A stretch of 61,916 nucleotides of DNA from Nemertoderma westbladi (lineage: Eukaryota; Animalia; Xenacoelomorpha): NCBI GenBank assembly GCA_032718475.1, contig JAUCBJ010007519.1, positions 1 to 61,916 on the forward strand, in the 5' to 3' direction. This document shows, piece by piece, positions 10,067-22,300 of the stretch; position 1 is the first letter of the stretch, and the number at the start of each line of letters is the position of its first letter. Below the pieces are notes generated by a model, which worked only from the letters and a program-made list of their open reading frames with translations, did no database searches and had not been told where the DNA came from. A program made the position numbers and the translations under genes.

Positions 10067-11509
10067 ATGTCTGATACTAAGCAGAACCTGTCAGACAGTT
10101 TATTAGATGTAACTATCTGCGACTCAGATAGAGACGTAGAACCGTCTAGTCGTAAGTTCAGTTCACCTCCCACTGTGAGGAAGGTCATCCCTCCAGTAGT
10201 AATAACGGAACCTAGGCTGGTCCAACATCGTAGGTCTATCATAGGCACTCGAGCTCAGGTAAAGCGGGACCAAGAAGCAGCGGAACAGCAACAACCCGCG
10301 AGCCAAGAACTCATTTCTCAGCGGCCCTACAGCTCCAGTAGTGAAGATACTGTAGAACTGACACCCGAGCGCGGAGCAAGGATGATGGATGCGGTTTATT
10401 CGGATCCCCTTCTCATCCTTCCTGCAGCCGTACTCACTAGGTTATTGATTGCGGTGGAAGAACACCAGACCGATTGGGCGAGAAGTCAGCGATCAACTAG
10501 AGATAGTTATGCGGGATACACGAGGGAAGAACTGAAGTCTATTGTCGAGTCGCAATGGAACTTCCCCGGACCCGGACTCCCGTTTGATTTATCAGAAGCT
10601 GCCTGGGAAGACATACACCGGATGGGAGTAGCCAAGGAAACCATCGATCCAGCTGTGTGGAAGAGGTCCGCAGCCGGATACGCACAGGGATTCTTCAGCT
10701 CTATGGAGCGAGTAGAAAAACAACTGTTACAACAACCTCAAGGACCTCAAGAGCAGGGACAACTGCTTTATCAAGTTAGAGAAAGAATTCTGCGAATCAG
10801 GCTAATATTATCAGCCTTTGAAGAGGCTTCTAAAAGAAGACAAGACACGTCGTTGCAAGTTGCCGTAAAGACTTGGTTTCAACGGGTGAGTCGCCAGGTT
10901 CAAGGAACAGCTCAGTGGAAAGCTCAGCTGGAGGAGCGCTCAACCCATGGAGAATCAACAGACGCTACTTTTTCCCAAGTGGAAAGTGAAGCGACGGCAG
11001 AGAAACCGCATAAGAGGGATGCCATTGACATCTATCTGTCAGACTATCAACGTTTTTTAGGTGATGACGAGTTGAGGAGAAGGTTAGAGGGACTTAGCCC
11101 TAATAGTGAAGGAACCAAGCTTGTGTTGGATGCCATCGATGTGGAAATGAGGGCTGCGAACCAGGCTAAATTTGATGAACAACTCCGCATCACACGAGTC
11201 CAGGAGGAGCAAGTCAAGAAAAAACGTATAGAAGACAGAAAGACAGCGGCAGTGGCAGCAGCAGTAGCAGCGGCAGAAGCAGAAAGAAAAGCGGCAGTGT
11301 CAGCGGCAGAGGCAGAAGCCGAAAGAAAGGCGGCAGAGGCAGAGGCAGAAGCCGAAAGAAAGGCGGCAGAGGCAGAGGCAGAAGCTGAAAGAAAGGTGGC
11401 AGCGGCAGCGGCCGAAGCAGAAAGAAAGGCGGCTGTAACAGCGGATATTGCCCCAAGAAGTTTAATCCAACTGACATCGCTTCCAGAGGAGCAACTCCTC
11501 AAGAACTGA
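10067..11509 (+). CDS. N-terminal part of Gag of element A (480 aa; last ~20 aa read out of frame across a deletion junction)
   Basis: Colinear and highly similar to residues 1-~450 of the 1554-aa ORF of B; ends in an AEAERKAA coiled-coil repeat; lacks capsid domain and zinc knuckles. Confidence 0.85.
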   Translation: MSDTKQNLSDSLLDVTICDSDRDVEPSSRKFSSPPTVRKVIPPVVITEPRLVQHRRSIIGTRAQVKRDQEAAEQQQPASQELISQRPYSSSSEDTVELTPERGARMMDAVYSDPLLILPAAVLTRLLIAVEEHQTDWARSQRSTRDSYAGYTREELKSIVESQWNFPGPGLPFDLSEAAWEDIHRMGVAKETIDPAVWKRSAAGYAQGFFSSMERVEKQLLQQPQGPQEQGQLLYQVRERILRIRLILSAFEEASKRRQDTSLQVAVKTWFQRVSRQVQGTAQWKAQLEERSTHGESTDATFSQVESEATAEKPHKRDAIDIYLSDYQRFLGDDELRRRLEGLSPNSEGTKLVLDAIDVEMRAANQAKFDEQLRITRVQEEQVKKKRIEDRKTAAVAAAVAAAEAERKAAVSAAEAEAERKAAEAEAEAERKAAEAEAEAERKVAAAAAEAERKAAVTADIAPRSLIQLTSLPEEQLLKN

Positions 11510-12069
11510 CAGATACTACAGACCGGTTAGGTGAACCCGACTTCCTGAGTAAGGAGGATGAATGGCCTCCCCATCTTACTCCGACTGAGATTAGACCAGC
11601 CAAGGGAGCGGAGAAAGTCAAACCTAAAACCCGGACGGGTGGATCGGAGTTATTTGAACCCGGGATAGATCTGTCGGTATTACATATTGCCAGGGACGAC
11701 GCCGTGGATCTGGACCTCCCCACCGCGAGTGGATCCTTCATGAAGATCAGAGAGAGCGATTGGAGCTCTGGAACATCAGACGTCTCGCAGGGACTCTCAC
11801 CTCTCCTGCAGGGAGCGACGGACCACTATAGCTCCTGGAATCGGCTTTGTAAGGCCGTCGTGTACCTAGAGCGATGTTTCTATCGTCACTATTCCAGGAC
11901 GAAGAGGAAACCTGGAATTGTATTCGGGATGCAGCGACTCAATCACCCAGTCGGTCGTTTGTGTTTACCGGAAGGGAATGGAGGACTCTCCGGAAACTGT
12001 GGAAGGCAAGATTTTCTTCCCACGACCACCTCCCTAATCCTTCAAACATCTAGGGACTCCATAACGTAA
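11443..12069 (+). pseudogene. BEL/Pao pol remnant: RNase H C-terminal tail, connector and extreme integrase C-terminus
   Basis: Open frame GYCPKKFNPTDIASRGATPQEL..GEPDFLSKEDEWP..YSSWNRLCKAVVYLERCF..NHPVGRLCLPE matches BEL NPADxxSRG, GPxFL..WP, FSSWxxL and RPxxKLC motifs; no DDE core. Confidence 0.8.
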
Positions 12070-13725
12070 CAACATATGGAGTGGGTGTGTGACTCTATTA
12101 TTTTGTATTTGTTTTATTTTTATATTTATGTATGTATTATTATGTAATTTTATTATAATCGTTTTCTTTAATTTCATTTAGTAGAATGTTATTTTAGCGA
12201 TTATTTATTAGATTAGTGCAATATATATTCGCGTTTATTACTTAATTACGTATATATTATATTTAGTGCGACGGCGAGAAATAATTATTTTCCTCCTTCC
12301 TTACTGTCTGTATTACATTACAAATACGTAACTACAGTAAGATGACATACCCGTACTTATTAAAGTACAATAAAGCCACTACTATATTCAAGTATTATTG
12401 GTAGGCAGAGTATTAGGAATGCAAAGTTCAGATCCTCGTGTCTCGGCTAAACCAAGCTCTGGGTAGACCTTGGAAACGACTTGCCTCTTCACACTGACAT
12501 TGCTTCGTGCGATATTGCTCTCATACCATATATTAAATAATACATATAGTAGCGTGATGTCCCTCTAACAGTAGCGTGAAACGCAAATAAATCTGTTAAA
12601 CCTTTTGACCATCTGTAATTCTAGTCGATTAAGATATCGCGGCACCCACCGATATACTTGAAAGACAAATTCTAGAATCAGTGGTTAACGTCCCCAGACA
12701 AGTTCTGGAATAAATCGGTGCCCATCTCAAATATTAATTATTTAATATTTGCTAATCCAATAAATCAAAATCTGTAAAATTCAGATCCTTCAACAATTCT
12801 AGTCAATTAAGACATCGTAGCATTTACCGATATTCTTAAAAAGACAATTTTCATAGAATTAAGGATCTTGTGTCCCCAGACATGTTCTAGAATCAAAACA
12901 TGTCAATTTAATTATCAAATAATAAAATTTCAGGGAATAAATTTAAATTCATGCCTTTTAATGAATTTAATAAATTGCCTTTTTTACGCAATTTATAACA
13001 TTCCCAAAATTCCATTAATTAATAGATCAAGGGAGCGGAGATTTATCTTCTTATGCGTATGAGTGTGCGAAAGTCTCCCAAACATAGTCAATAGCCGATA
13101 AAATTCATAAAGCCATGTATAAAACAGGACATTGACCATTAAAGAATTACTATTAAATAACATCCCAGATCTGGATGCATTGGAATTACCCTAATTCTAC
13201 CGCTAGCTTTACATAATGTCACCATAGCAACAACCACGCTAGAATTAGAATTGAGTTAAAAGAACAATAGAAAGCTTGTCTCATTGAATAGCATAGGGAA
13301 TAAATAGCGCACTGCTAGTATCCAAGGATACATAATAATACAGTGACATTCTGGAAGGCATTGACTAACGGACAAATGGCCCGAGTGTGTGTAATTTGTG
13401 ACAAGTTGTGTGTGTGGTATTTGTGAGTTTATAGGCGAATGTTACTACTAAGGTGTGTTTACAGTAGCGAGTCGCAATTGTGAAAGTAACCCTAACTCTC
13501 CAGTAAGAACCTGAGGTGTATCTAAGCCTTTGGGACGGACAGTCGAGTGACTTGTGCCGGTTGTCGCTGTCGTTGTGCGGCTACGTCGTTGGCGAAAGTA
13601 CAGCGGCGACGACACATCGGCGCTGAGGATCTCGCACTGTCCGGGGGCTGATTGGGGTAGGCAGCGACGCTCGCTAGCCTAAATATAAACTCCTTACAAT
13701 ATGGATAAACTCATATATAGCAGAT

Positions 13726-15116
13726 ATGACGGAGTTGATAGAAGATGGTCTTGGTATCGGGGAGTGATATACTCTACTTTTACAGGCGTTTGTTGATAGC
13801 TTAATACGCGGCGACGTTAGTCCAACTGCTGCGGAGGACGATGGTCGTTATATCGAACCGCCAATGTCCCAAGAGCAGCTCACGCATGAGTTGGACTATA
13901 GAAAATTCGCTGCTCGATATACGCAGCGTAATGGTACGTATATGGGCTTCTTAACTACTGATCATCCTATCGATTTACACAATACGGACTATGTCGACTA
14001 TATATCCTGCCCAGTGGAGTCGGAACCATAAACTGAAATTCGAATGCGAAAATTCTATTCGAAATCGACTCGAAAGAAAAGACACTAAAGAAACAAATGG
14101 ACGCGGTAACTCCAACGTATATTTGGAATTTTTGATAGAAGCATTGTAACAACAAATAAATATCACCCGCGTTTCCCCTACCAGACGTGAGTCTTTGGTA
14201 TTATTACGATAAATGCCCTAGACCCAGCCAATAAACGGAAAGACATAAACATCCACGGAAACGTTGTTTTAAACACAGTTGTGCTCGTTATATTTACTGG
14301 AGTTTCGAGCGAAACTTGTTTGACGTATCACCTATGCTCACTCGGCTCGAACGATCCTGGAGTAAACCTACGATCAGAGTCCCGGAATACTCGGTCAAAC
14401 CTCCTCATTCCTTAGTTGGACCTCAGACCTGCGATCCTGGTGGTGTCGCGGATCCTCGCGGACTGTATTCACTGTTCAAAGATCTAGTGCTACCCTAACA
14501 ATTAATCGGTAACACTCCGACAGTGATTTCTAGCTAGCCGCCCATCTTACCTGGCCGGATTGTGACGCGGACACCTAATATCACTATCCAACCGTATGGT
14601 CGTCCCCGTTTAACGCGATACAACCCCTCATCAAGGTGAAGGAGAGCGTTGTACGAAGCGAGTTAAACGCTATTCTATAAAGATCAAAAAAGAAACCTGC
14701 GTTTGTTCAGATAAACGTAAGTTATAACAGTAAGTCCAATCGATAAACGAATTGGCCTTATCTCAATTCGATTGGGAAATCCAGAATCTCTAAGAAGTTA
14801 TCGAACTTGGACGATCCTATTCTCTGCGAGAGTTTTTGGATGAACGTATCCAGCTACGAGCGGAGGAAAATCAGCTCGAGGGGAAGCATATCGAAATGGC
14901 AGATACCTCGACCATAATCCTACACCTTCTGATGCAATCATATTGCACCCTTCGCCCAGGAGTTATAGCCTTCCTAGTAAAGTGGCTCGCCCCAAAGAGA
15001 AAAAGACTCTTGCTAGCCTCAAAAACTGCGTAAACGCCGTCTGCGTAAGAAAGACTAACTGTTTAGAGTATCTTTATATTTTAGAAACTGTGATTTGTTA
15101 TATTTTATAGACTTAA
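13726..15116 (+). pseudogene. Degenerate extra 3' ORF region of unknown function in A
   Basis: MTELIEDGLGIGE*YTLLLQAFVDSLIRG..IEPPMSQEQLTHELDYRKFAARYTQRNGTYMGFLTT and LLMQSYCTLRPGVIAFLVKWLAPKRK are conserved at peptide level in B. Confidence 0.55.
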
Positions 15117-15127
15117 ATCCCATTTTC

Positions 15128-15136
15128 TGGGAGCGG
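15128..15136 (+). promoter_or_regulatory. Polypurine-tract position of A
   Basis: tgggagcgg directly before the 3' LTR; identical in B (ccgctccca at 32061-32069). Confidence 0.65.
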
Positions 15137-16326
15137 TGTAAAAGCTTTTGCGTAATTAGCCGGTTATTTTCCCGTAAAGTACTCTGTAGTTGGTTTACCA
15201 GGCATAAAAAGGCCGTGTCCTTACTGTACTGGTGTTTTAGAGGACATAAAAGCCATTTCTTCTGTATGTGTACTTTAAAGGACATAATCCGTAATTTCGT
15301 GACGCAATAGCTGGATACTCTTGAAAACAGTGTCGCTACCATGACGATGGCTAACAGCTGATATTGCCACGTAGAACATTTCTTTGTTTCTTTGTTCTCT
15401 CTTAGTTCAGTCGGGCAATCAGAGCATTTTTATGGCTCTTGTACAGAAATTTCCGAGAAATCACGTAATGCATTATGGGCAGTGTTATCATTCAGTCCTG
15501 AGCCAAGGAAGAACGGCTTTGGAGTATTTTGTGCTTTTCTGCTTTAGCCTTACACTAGTAGGCTTAATTATAAGGACATTTATCCGTTATCTGGGTAACT
15601 CAATGTTATCTGCACTGGTTAACACTGGTTAACTGGCCCATACTGTGCAACTTAACTTAACATTACTGCTTTGCTGTCGGTTATTCATTATATTTGTTGA
15701 TGAATTATTATATTTGGAATAACGAGAAATAACCCCGAAACCCAATATTCTTGATATACCGAAGGTAAGAGAGAAAGGTTACATATAACGATTGCGACTT
15801 ATGTTAAAGTGGTTTGAAGTGAATCTAATGTTATTTGATAGACCCTACATGAGTCGGTCTGTGTTCCTTTTATATGTGACTTAAATCAGTGAAGATCGGC
15901 AGATTAGTGTGCAGTATTGTGCAGCATTGTGTATGAGTGAGACTGATAACGAAGCATTTCCTAAAGAATGCGCCATATATGTGAATTGTAACTAAGCCAT
16001 ATCGTTGTGAGTAGTTTAAGTCATAACTCTGTTTATATAGATAGAGCGCCACGTCCTAAAGGAACTGTTAATATTCCCCGAAGGTGAATAATATTGTCAG
16101 AGATTATATAATACTGTCAGTCGAATAATACATTAGGCTTACATAGCAATACGATTAAGCCCTCGAAGTCAATCTCCTGGGTATATCCAACGGGTGAATG
16201 ATCGCGCACAGATTGGTTTCAACTAGTGTAGTGAATCAAATACTTGTTAGAGGCTAAAGCGATTTATTATCTAGGAGACATCCTAATTTGGCGGGTTAAA
16301 CTGCCAAAGGTCTGAAAGCGCGAACA
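15137..16326 (+). repeat. 3' LTR of element A
   Basis: 1190-bp direct repeat of 6633-7822. Confidence 0.95.
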
Positions 16327-19300
16327 CCTTGTTTGTCTGCATGACTAGCTGTTGGTTGATTACCTCCCACCAACCTTGTCCGCATGGCAAGCCGTTGGTT
16401 GATTACCTTCCACCAACCTTGTCTGCATGTCTAGCCGTTGGTTGATTACTTTCCGCTGACCTTGTTTGTCTGCATGGCTAGCCGTTGGTTGATTACCTCC
16501 CACCAACCATGTCCACATGGCTAGCCGTTGGTTGATTACCTTCCACCAACCTTGTCTGTATGTCTAGCCATTGGTTGATTACCTTCCGCCAACCTTGTCT
16601 GCATGGCTAGCCGTTGGTTGATTACCTTCTGCCAACCTTGACTGCAGGACTAGCCGTTGGTTGATTACCTTCTGCCAACCTTGTCTCCATGTCTAGCCGT
16701 TGGTTGAATACCTTCCACCAACCTTGTCTGCATGGCTAGCCGTTGGTTGAGATTACCTTCCACCGACCTTGTCTGCATGGCTAGCCGTTGGTTGATTACC
16801 TTCTGCCGACCTTGTCTGCATGGCTAGCGGTTGGTTGATTACCTTCCGCTAACCTTGTCTGCATGGCTAGCCGTTGGTTGATTACCTTCCGCCGACATTG
16901 TTTGTCTGCATGGCTAGCCATTGGTTGATTACCTCCCCCCAACCTTGTCCACATGTCTAGCCGTTGGTTGATTACCTTCCGCCGACCTTGTCTGCATGAC
17001 TACCCATTGGTTGATTACCTTCCGCCAAACTTGTCTGCATGGCTAGCCGTTGGTTGATTACCTTCAGCTAACCTTGTCTGCATAGCTAGCTGTTGGTTGA
17101 TTACCTTCCGCCGACCTTGTTTGTCTGCATGGCTAGCCATTGGTTGATTACCTCCCACCAACCTTGTCCGCATGGCTAGCCGTTGGTTGATTACCTTCCA
17201 CCAACCTTGTCTGCATTTCTAGCCGTTGGTTGATTACCTTCCGCCAACCTTGTCTGCAGGAGTAGCCGTTGGTTGATTACCTTCCACCAACCTTGTCTGC
17301 ATGGCTAGCTGTTAGTTGATTACCTTCCACTAACCTTGTCTGCATGGCTAGCCGTTGGTTGATTACCTCCCACCACCCTTGTCTGTATGTCTAGCTGTTG
17401 GTTGATTACCTTCCGCTGCCTTGTCTGCATGACTACCCGTTGGTTGATTACCTTCCACCACCTTGTCTGCATGGCTAGCCGTTGGTTGATTACCTTCGGC
17501 TAACCTTGTCTGCATGGCTAGCCGTTGGTTGATTACCTTCCGTCGACCTTGTTTGTCTGCATGGCTAGCCTTTGGTTGATTACCTTCCCCCGACCTTGTC
17601 TGCATGGCTAGCCGTTGGTTGATTACCTCCCACCAACCTTGACCGCATGGCAAGCCGTTGGTTGATTACCTTCCACCAACCTTGTCTGCATGTATATATA
17701 GCCGTTGGTTGATTACCTTCCGCTGACCTTGTTTGTCTGCATGGCTAGCCGTTGGTTGATTACCTCCCACCAACCTTGTCCGCATGGCTAGCCGTTGGTT
17801 GATTACCTTCCACCAACCTTGCCTGCATGTCTAGCCGTTGATTGATTACCTTCCGCCAACCTTGTCTGCATGGCTAGCCGTTGGTTGAATACCTTCTGCC
17901 AACCTTGACTGCAGGACTAACCATTGGTTGATTACCTTCTGCCAACCTTGTCTGCATGTCTAGCCGTTGGTTGAATACCTTCCACCAACCTTGTCTGCAT
18001 GGCTAGCCGTTGGTTGATTAACTTCCACCGACCTTGTCTGCATGGCTAGCCGTTGGTTGATAACCTTCTGCCGACCTTGTCTGCATGGCTAGCGGTTGGT
18101 TGATTACCTTCCGCTAACCTTGTATGCATGGCTAGCCGTTGGTTGATTACCTTCTGCCAACCTTGACTGCATTGCTAGCCGTTGGTTGATTGCCTTCCCC
18201 CGACCTTGTCTGTCTGCATGGCTAGCCTTAGGTTGATTACCTTCCGCCGATCTTGTCTGTCTGCATGGCTAGCCGTTGGTTGATTACCTTCCACCAACCT
18301 TGTCTGCATGTCTAACTGTTGGTTGATTACCTTCCGCCGAACGTGTCTGCATGTCTAGCCATTGGTTGATTAGCTTCCACCAACCTTGTCTGCATGGCTA
18401 GCCGTTGGTTGAATACCTTCCACCAACCTTGTCTGCATGTCTAGTCGTTGGTTGATTACCTTCCGCTAACCTTGTCTGCATGGCTAGCCGTTGGTTGATT
18501 ACCTTCCGCTAACCTTCTCTGCATGGCTAGCCGTTGGTTGATTACCTCCCCCCAACCTTGTCTGTCTGCATTGCTAGCCTTAGGTTGATTACCTTCCGCC
18601 GATCTTGTCTGTCTGCATGACTAGCCGTTGGTTGATTACCTTCCACCAACCTAGTCTGCATGGCTAGCCGTTGGTTGATTACCTTCCGCTAACCTTGTCT
18701 GCATGGCTAGCCGTTGGTTGATTACCTTCCGCTAACCTTGTCTGCATGGCTAGCCGTTGGTTGATTACCTCCCCCCAACCTTGTCTGTATGTCTAGCCGT
18801 TGGTTGATTACCTTCCGCCGACCTTGTCTGCATGACTACCCGTTGGTTGATTACCTTCCGCCAAACTTGTCTGCATGGCTAGCCACCTTCAGCTAACCTT
18901 GTCTGCATAGCTAGCCGTTGGTTGATTACCTTCCGCCAACATTGTCTGCATGGCTAGCTATTGGTTGATTACCTTCCACCAACCTTGTCTGCATGTCTAG
19001 ACGTTGGTTGATTACCTTCCACCAACCTTGTCTGCATGTCTAGACGTTGGTTGATTACCTTCCGTTGACCTTGTCTGCATGGCTAGCCGTTGGATGATTA
19101 CATTCCGCTAACCTTGTCTGCATGGCTAGCCATTGGTTGATTACCTTCCGCCGAGATTGTTTGTCTGTATGGGTATCCGTTGGTTGATTACCTCCCCCTA
19201 ACCTTGTCCACATGTCTAGCTGTTTTTTGATTACCTTCCGCCGACCTTGTCTGCATGACTACCCGTTGGTTAATTACCTTCCGCCAAACTTGTCTGCATG

Positions 19301-22300
19301 GCTAGCCGTTGGTTGACTACCTTCAGCTAACCTTGTCTGCATAGCTAGCTGTTGGTTGATTACCTTCCGCCCACCTTGTATGTCTGCATGGCTAGCCGTT
19401 GGTTGATTACCTTCCACCAACCTTGTCTGCATTTCTGGCCGTTGGTTGATTACCTTCCACCAACCTTGTCTGCATGGCTAGCCGTTGGTTGAGTACCTTC
19501 CGCCGACCTTGTCTGCAGGACTAGCCGTTGGTTGATTACCTTCCACCAACCTTGTCTGCATGGCTAGCTGTTGGTTGATTACCTTCCACTAACCTTGTCT
19601 GCATGGCTAGCCGTTGGTTGATTACCTTCCGCCGACCTTGTTTGTCTGCATGGCTAGCCATTGGTTGATTACCTCCCACCAACCTTGTCCACATGGCTAG
19701 CGGTTGGTTGATTACCTTCTGCTAACCTTGTATGCATGGCTAGCCGTTGGTTGATTACTTTCCACCGACCTTGTCTGCATGGCTAGCCATTATTGGTTGA
19801 TAACCTTCCACCAACCTTGTCTGCTTGGCTAGCCGTTGGTTGATTACCTTCCGCCGACCTTGTTTGTCCGCAAGGCTAGCCGTTGGTTGAATACCTTCTA
19901 CCAACATTGTCTGCATGGCTAGCTATTGGTTGATTACCTTCCACCAACCTTGTCTGCATGTCTAGACGTTGGTTGATTACCTTCCACCAACCTTGTCTGC
20001 ATGTCTAGACGTTGGTTGATTACCTTCCGTTGACCTTGTCTGCATGGCTAGCCGTTGGTTGATTACCTTCCGCTAACCTTGTCTGCATGGCTAGCCATTG
20101 GTTGATTACCTTCCGCCGAGATTGTTTGTCTGTATGGGTAGCCGTTGGTTGATTACCTCCCCCCAACCTTGTCCACATGTCTAGCTGTTTTTTGATTACC
20201 TTCCGCCGACCTTGTCTGCATGACTACCCGTTGGTTGATTACCTTCCGCCAAACTTGTCTGCATGGCTAGCCGTTGGTTGACTACCTTCAGCTAACCTTG
20301 TCTGCATAGCTAGCTGTTGGTTGATTACCTTCCGCCCACCTTGTATGTCTGCATGGCTAGCCGTTGGTTGATTACCTCCCACCAACCTTGTCCGCATGGC
20401 TAGCCGTTGGTTGATTACCTTCCACCAACCTTGTCTGCATTTCTGGCCATTGGTTGATTACCTTCCACCAACCTTGTCTGCATGGCTAGCCGTTGGTTGA
20501 GTACCTTCCGCCGACCTTGTCTGCAGGACTAGCCGTTGGTTGATTACCTTCCACCAACCTTGTCTGCATGGCTAGCTGTTGGTTGATTACCTTCCACTAA
20601 CCTTGTCTGCATGGCTAGCCGTTGGTTGATTACCTCCCACCAACCTTGTCTGCATGTCTAGCCGTTGGTTGATTACCTTCCGCCACCTTGTCTGCATGAC
20701 TACCCGTTGGTTGATTACCTTCCGTTGACCTTGTCTGCATGGCTAGCCGTTGGTTGATTACCTTCCGCTAACCTTGTCTGCATGGCTAGCCATTGGTTGA
20801 TTACCTTCCGCCGAGATTGTTTGTCTGTATGGGTAGCCGTTGGTTGATTACCTCCCCCCAACCTTGTCCACATGTCTAGCTGTTTTTTGATTACCTTCCG
20901 CCGACCTTGTCTGCATGACTACCCGTTGGTTGATTACCTTCCGCCAAACTTGTCTGCATGGCTAGCCGTTGGTTGACTACCTTCAGCTAACCTTGTCTGC
21001 ATAGCTAGCTGTTGGTTGATTACCTTCCGCCCACCTTGTATGTCTGCATGGCTAGCCGTTGGTTGATTACCTCCCACCAACCTTGTCCGCATGGCTAGCC
21101 GTTGGTTGATTACCTTCCACCAACCTTGTCTGCATTTCTGGCCATTGGTTGATTACCTTCCACCAACCTTGTCTGCATGGCTAGCCGTTGGTTGAGTACC
21201 TTCCGCCGACCTTGTCTGCAGGACTAGCCGTTGGTTGATTACCTTCCACCAACCTTGTCTGCATGGCTAGCTGTTGGTTGATTACCTTCCACTAACCTTG
21301 TCTGCATGGCTAGCCGTTGGTTGATTACCTCCCACCAACCTTGTCTGCATGTCTAGCCGTTGGTTGATTACCTTCCGCCACCTTGTCTGCATGACTACCC
21401 GTTGGTTGATTACCTTCCACCACCTTGTCTGCATGGCTAGCCATTGGTTGATTAACTTCCGCTAACCTTGTCTGCATGGCTAGCCGTTGGTTGATTACCT
21501 TCTGCCGACCTTGTTTGTCTGCATGGCTAGCTGTTGGTTGATTACCTCCCACCAACCTTGTCCGCATGGCAAGCCGTTGGTTGATTATCTTCCACCAACC
21601 TTGTCTGCATGTCTAGCCGTTGGTTGATTACCTTCCGCTGACCTTGTTTGTCTGCATGGCTAGCCGTTGGTTGATTACCTCCCACCAACCATGTCCACAT
21701 GGCTAGCCGTTGGTTGATTACCTTCCACCAACCTTGTCTGCATGTCTAGCCATTGGTTGATTACCTTCCGCCAACCTTGTCTGCATGGCTAGCCGTTGGT
21801 TGATTACCTTCTGCCAACCTTGACTGCAGGACTAGCCGTTGGTTGATTACCTTCTGCCAACCTTGTCTGCATGTCTAGCCGTTGGTTGAATACCTTCCAC
21901 CAACCTTGTCTGCATGGCTAGCCGTTGGTTGAGATTACCTTCCACCGACCTTGTCTGCATGGCTAGCCGTTGGTTGATTACCTTCTGCCGACCTTGTCTG
22001 CATGGCTAGCGGTTGGTTGATTACCTTCCGCTAACCTTGTCTGCATGGCTAGCCGTTGGTTGATTACCTCCCCCCAACCTTGTCCACATGTCTAGCCGTT
22101 GGTTGATTACCTTCCGCCGACCTTGTCAGCATGACTACCCATTGGTTGATTACCTTCCGCCAAACTTGTCTGCATGGCTAGCCGTTGGTTGATTACCTTC
22201 AGCTAACCTTGTCTGCATAGCTAGCCGTTGGTTGATTACCTTCCGCCGACCTTGTTTGTCTGCATGGCTAGCCGTTGGTTGATTACCTCCCACCAACCTT

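Larger units (their letters stand above)
6633..16326 (+). mobile_element. Non-autonomous BEL/Pao LTR retrotransposon 'A' (9694 bp) with 5-bp TSD CCTTG
   Basis: TG..CA LTRs of 1190 bp; ccttg at 6628-6632 and 16327-16331; BEL-type pol remnants; empty site preserved at ~21500-21560. Confidence 0.92.

Noticed and set aside
11047-11502. Ala/Ser-rich and Leu/Pro-rich antisense ORFs (also 38267-38738)
   Set aside because: Shadow frames of the Gag coiled-coil repeat.
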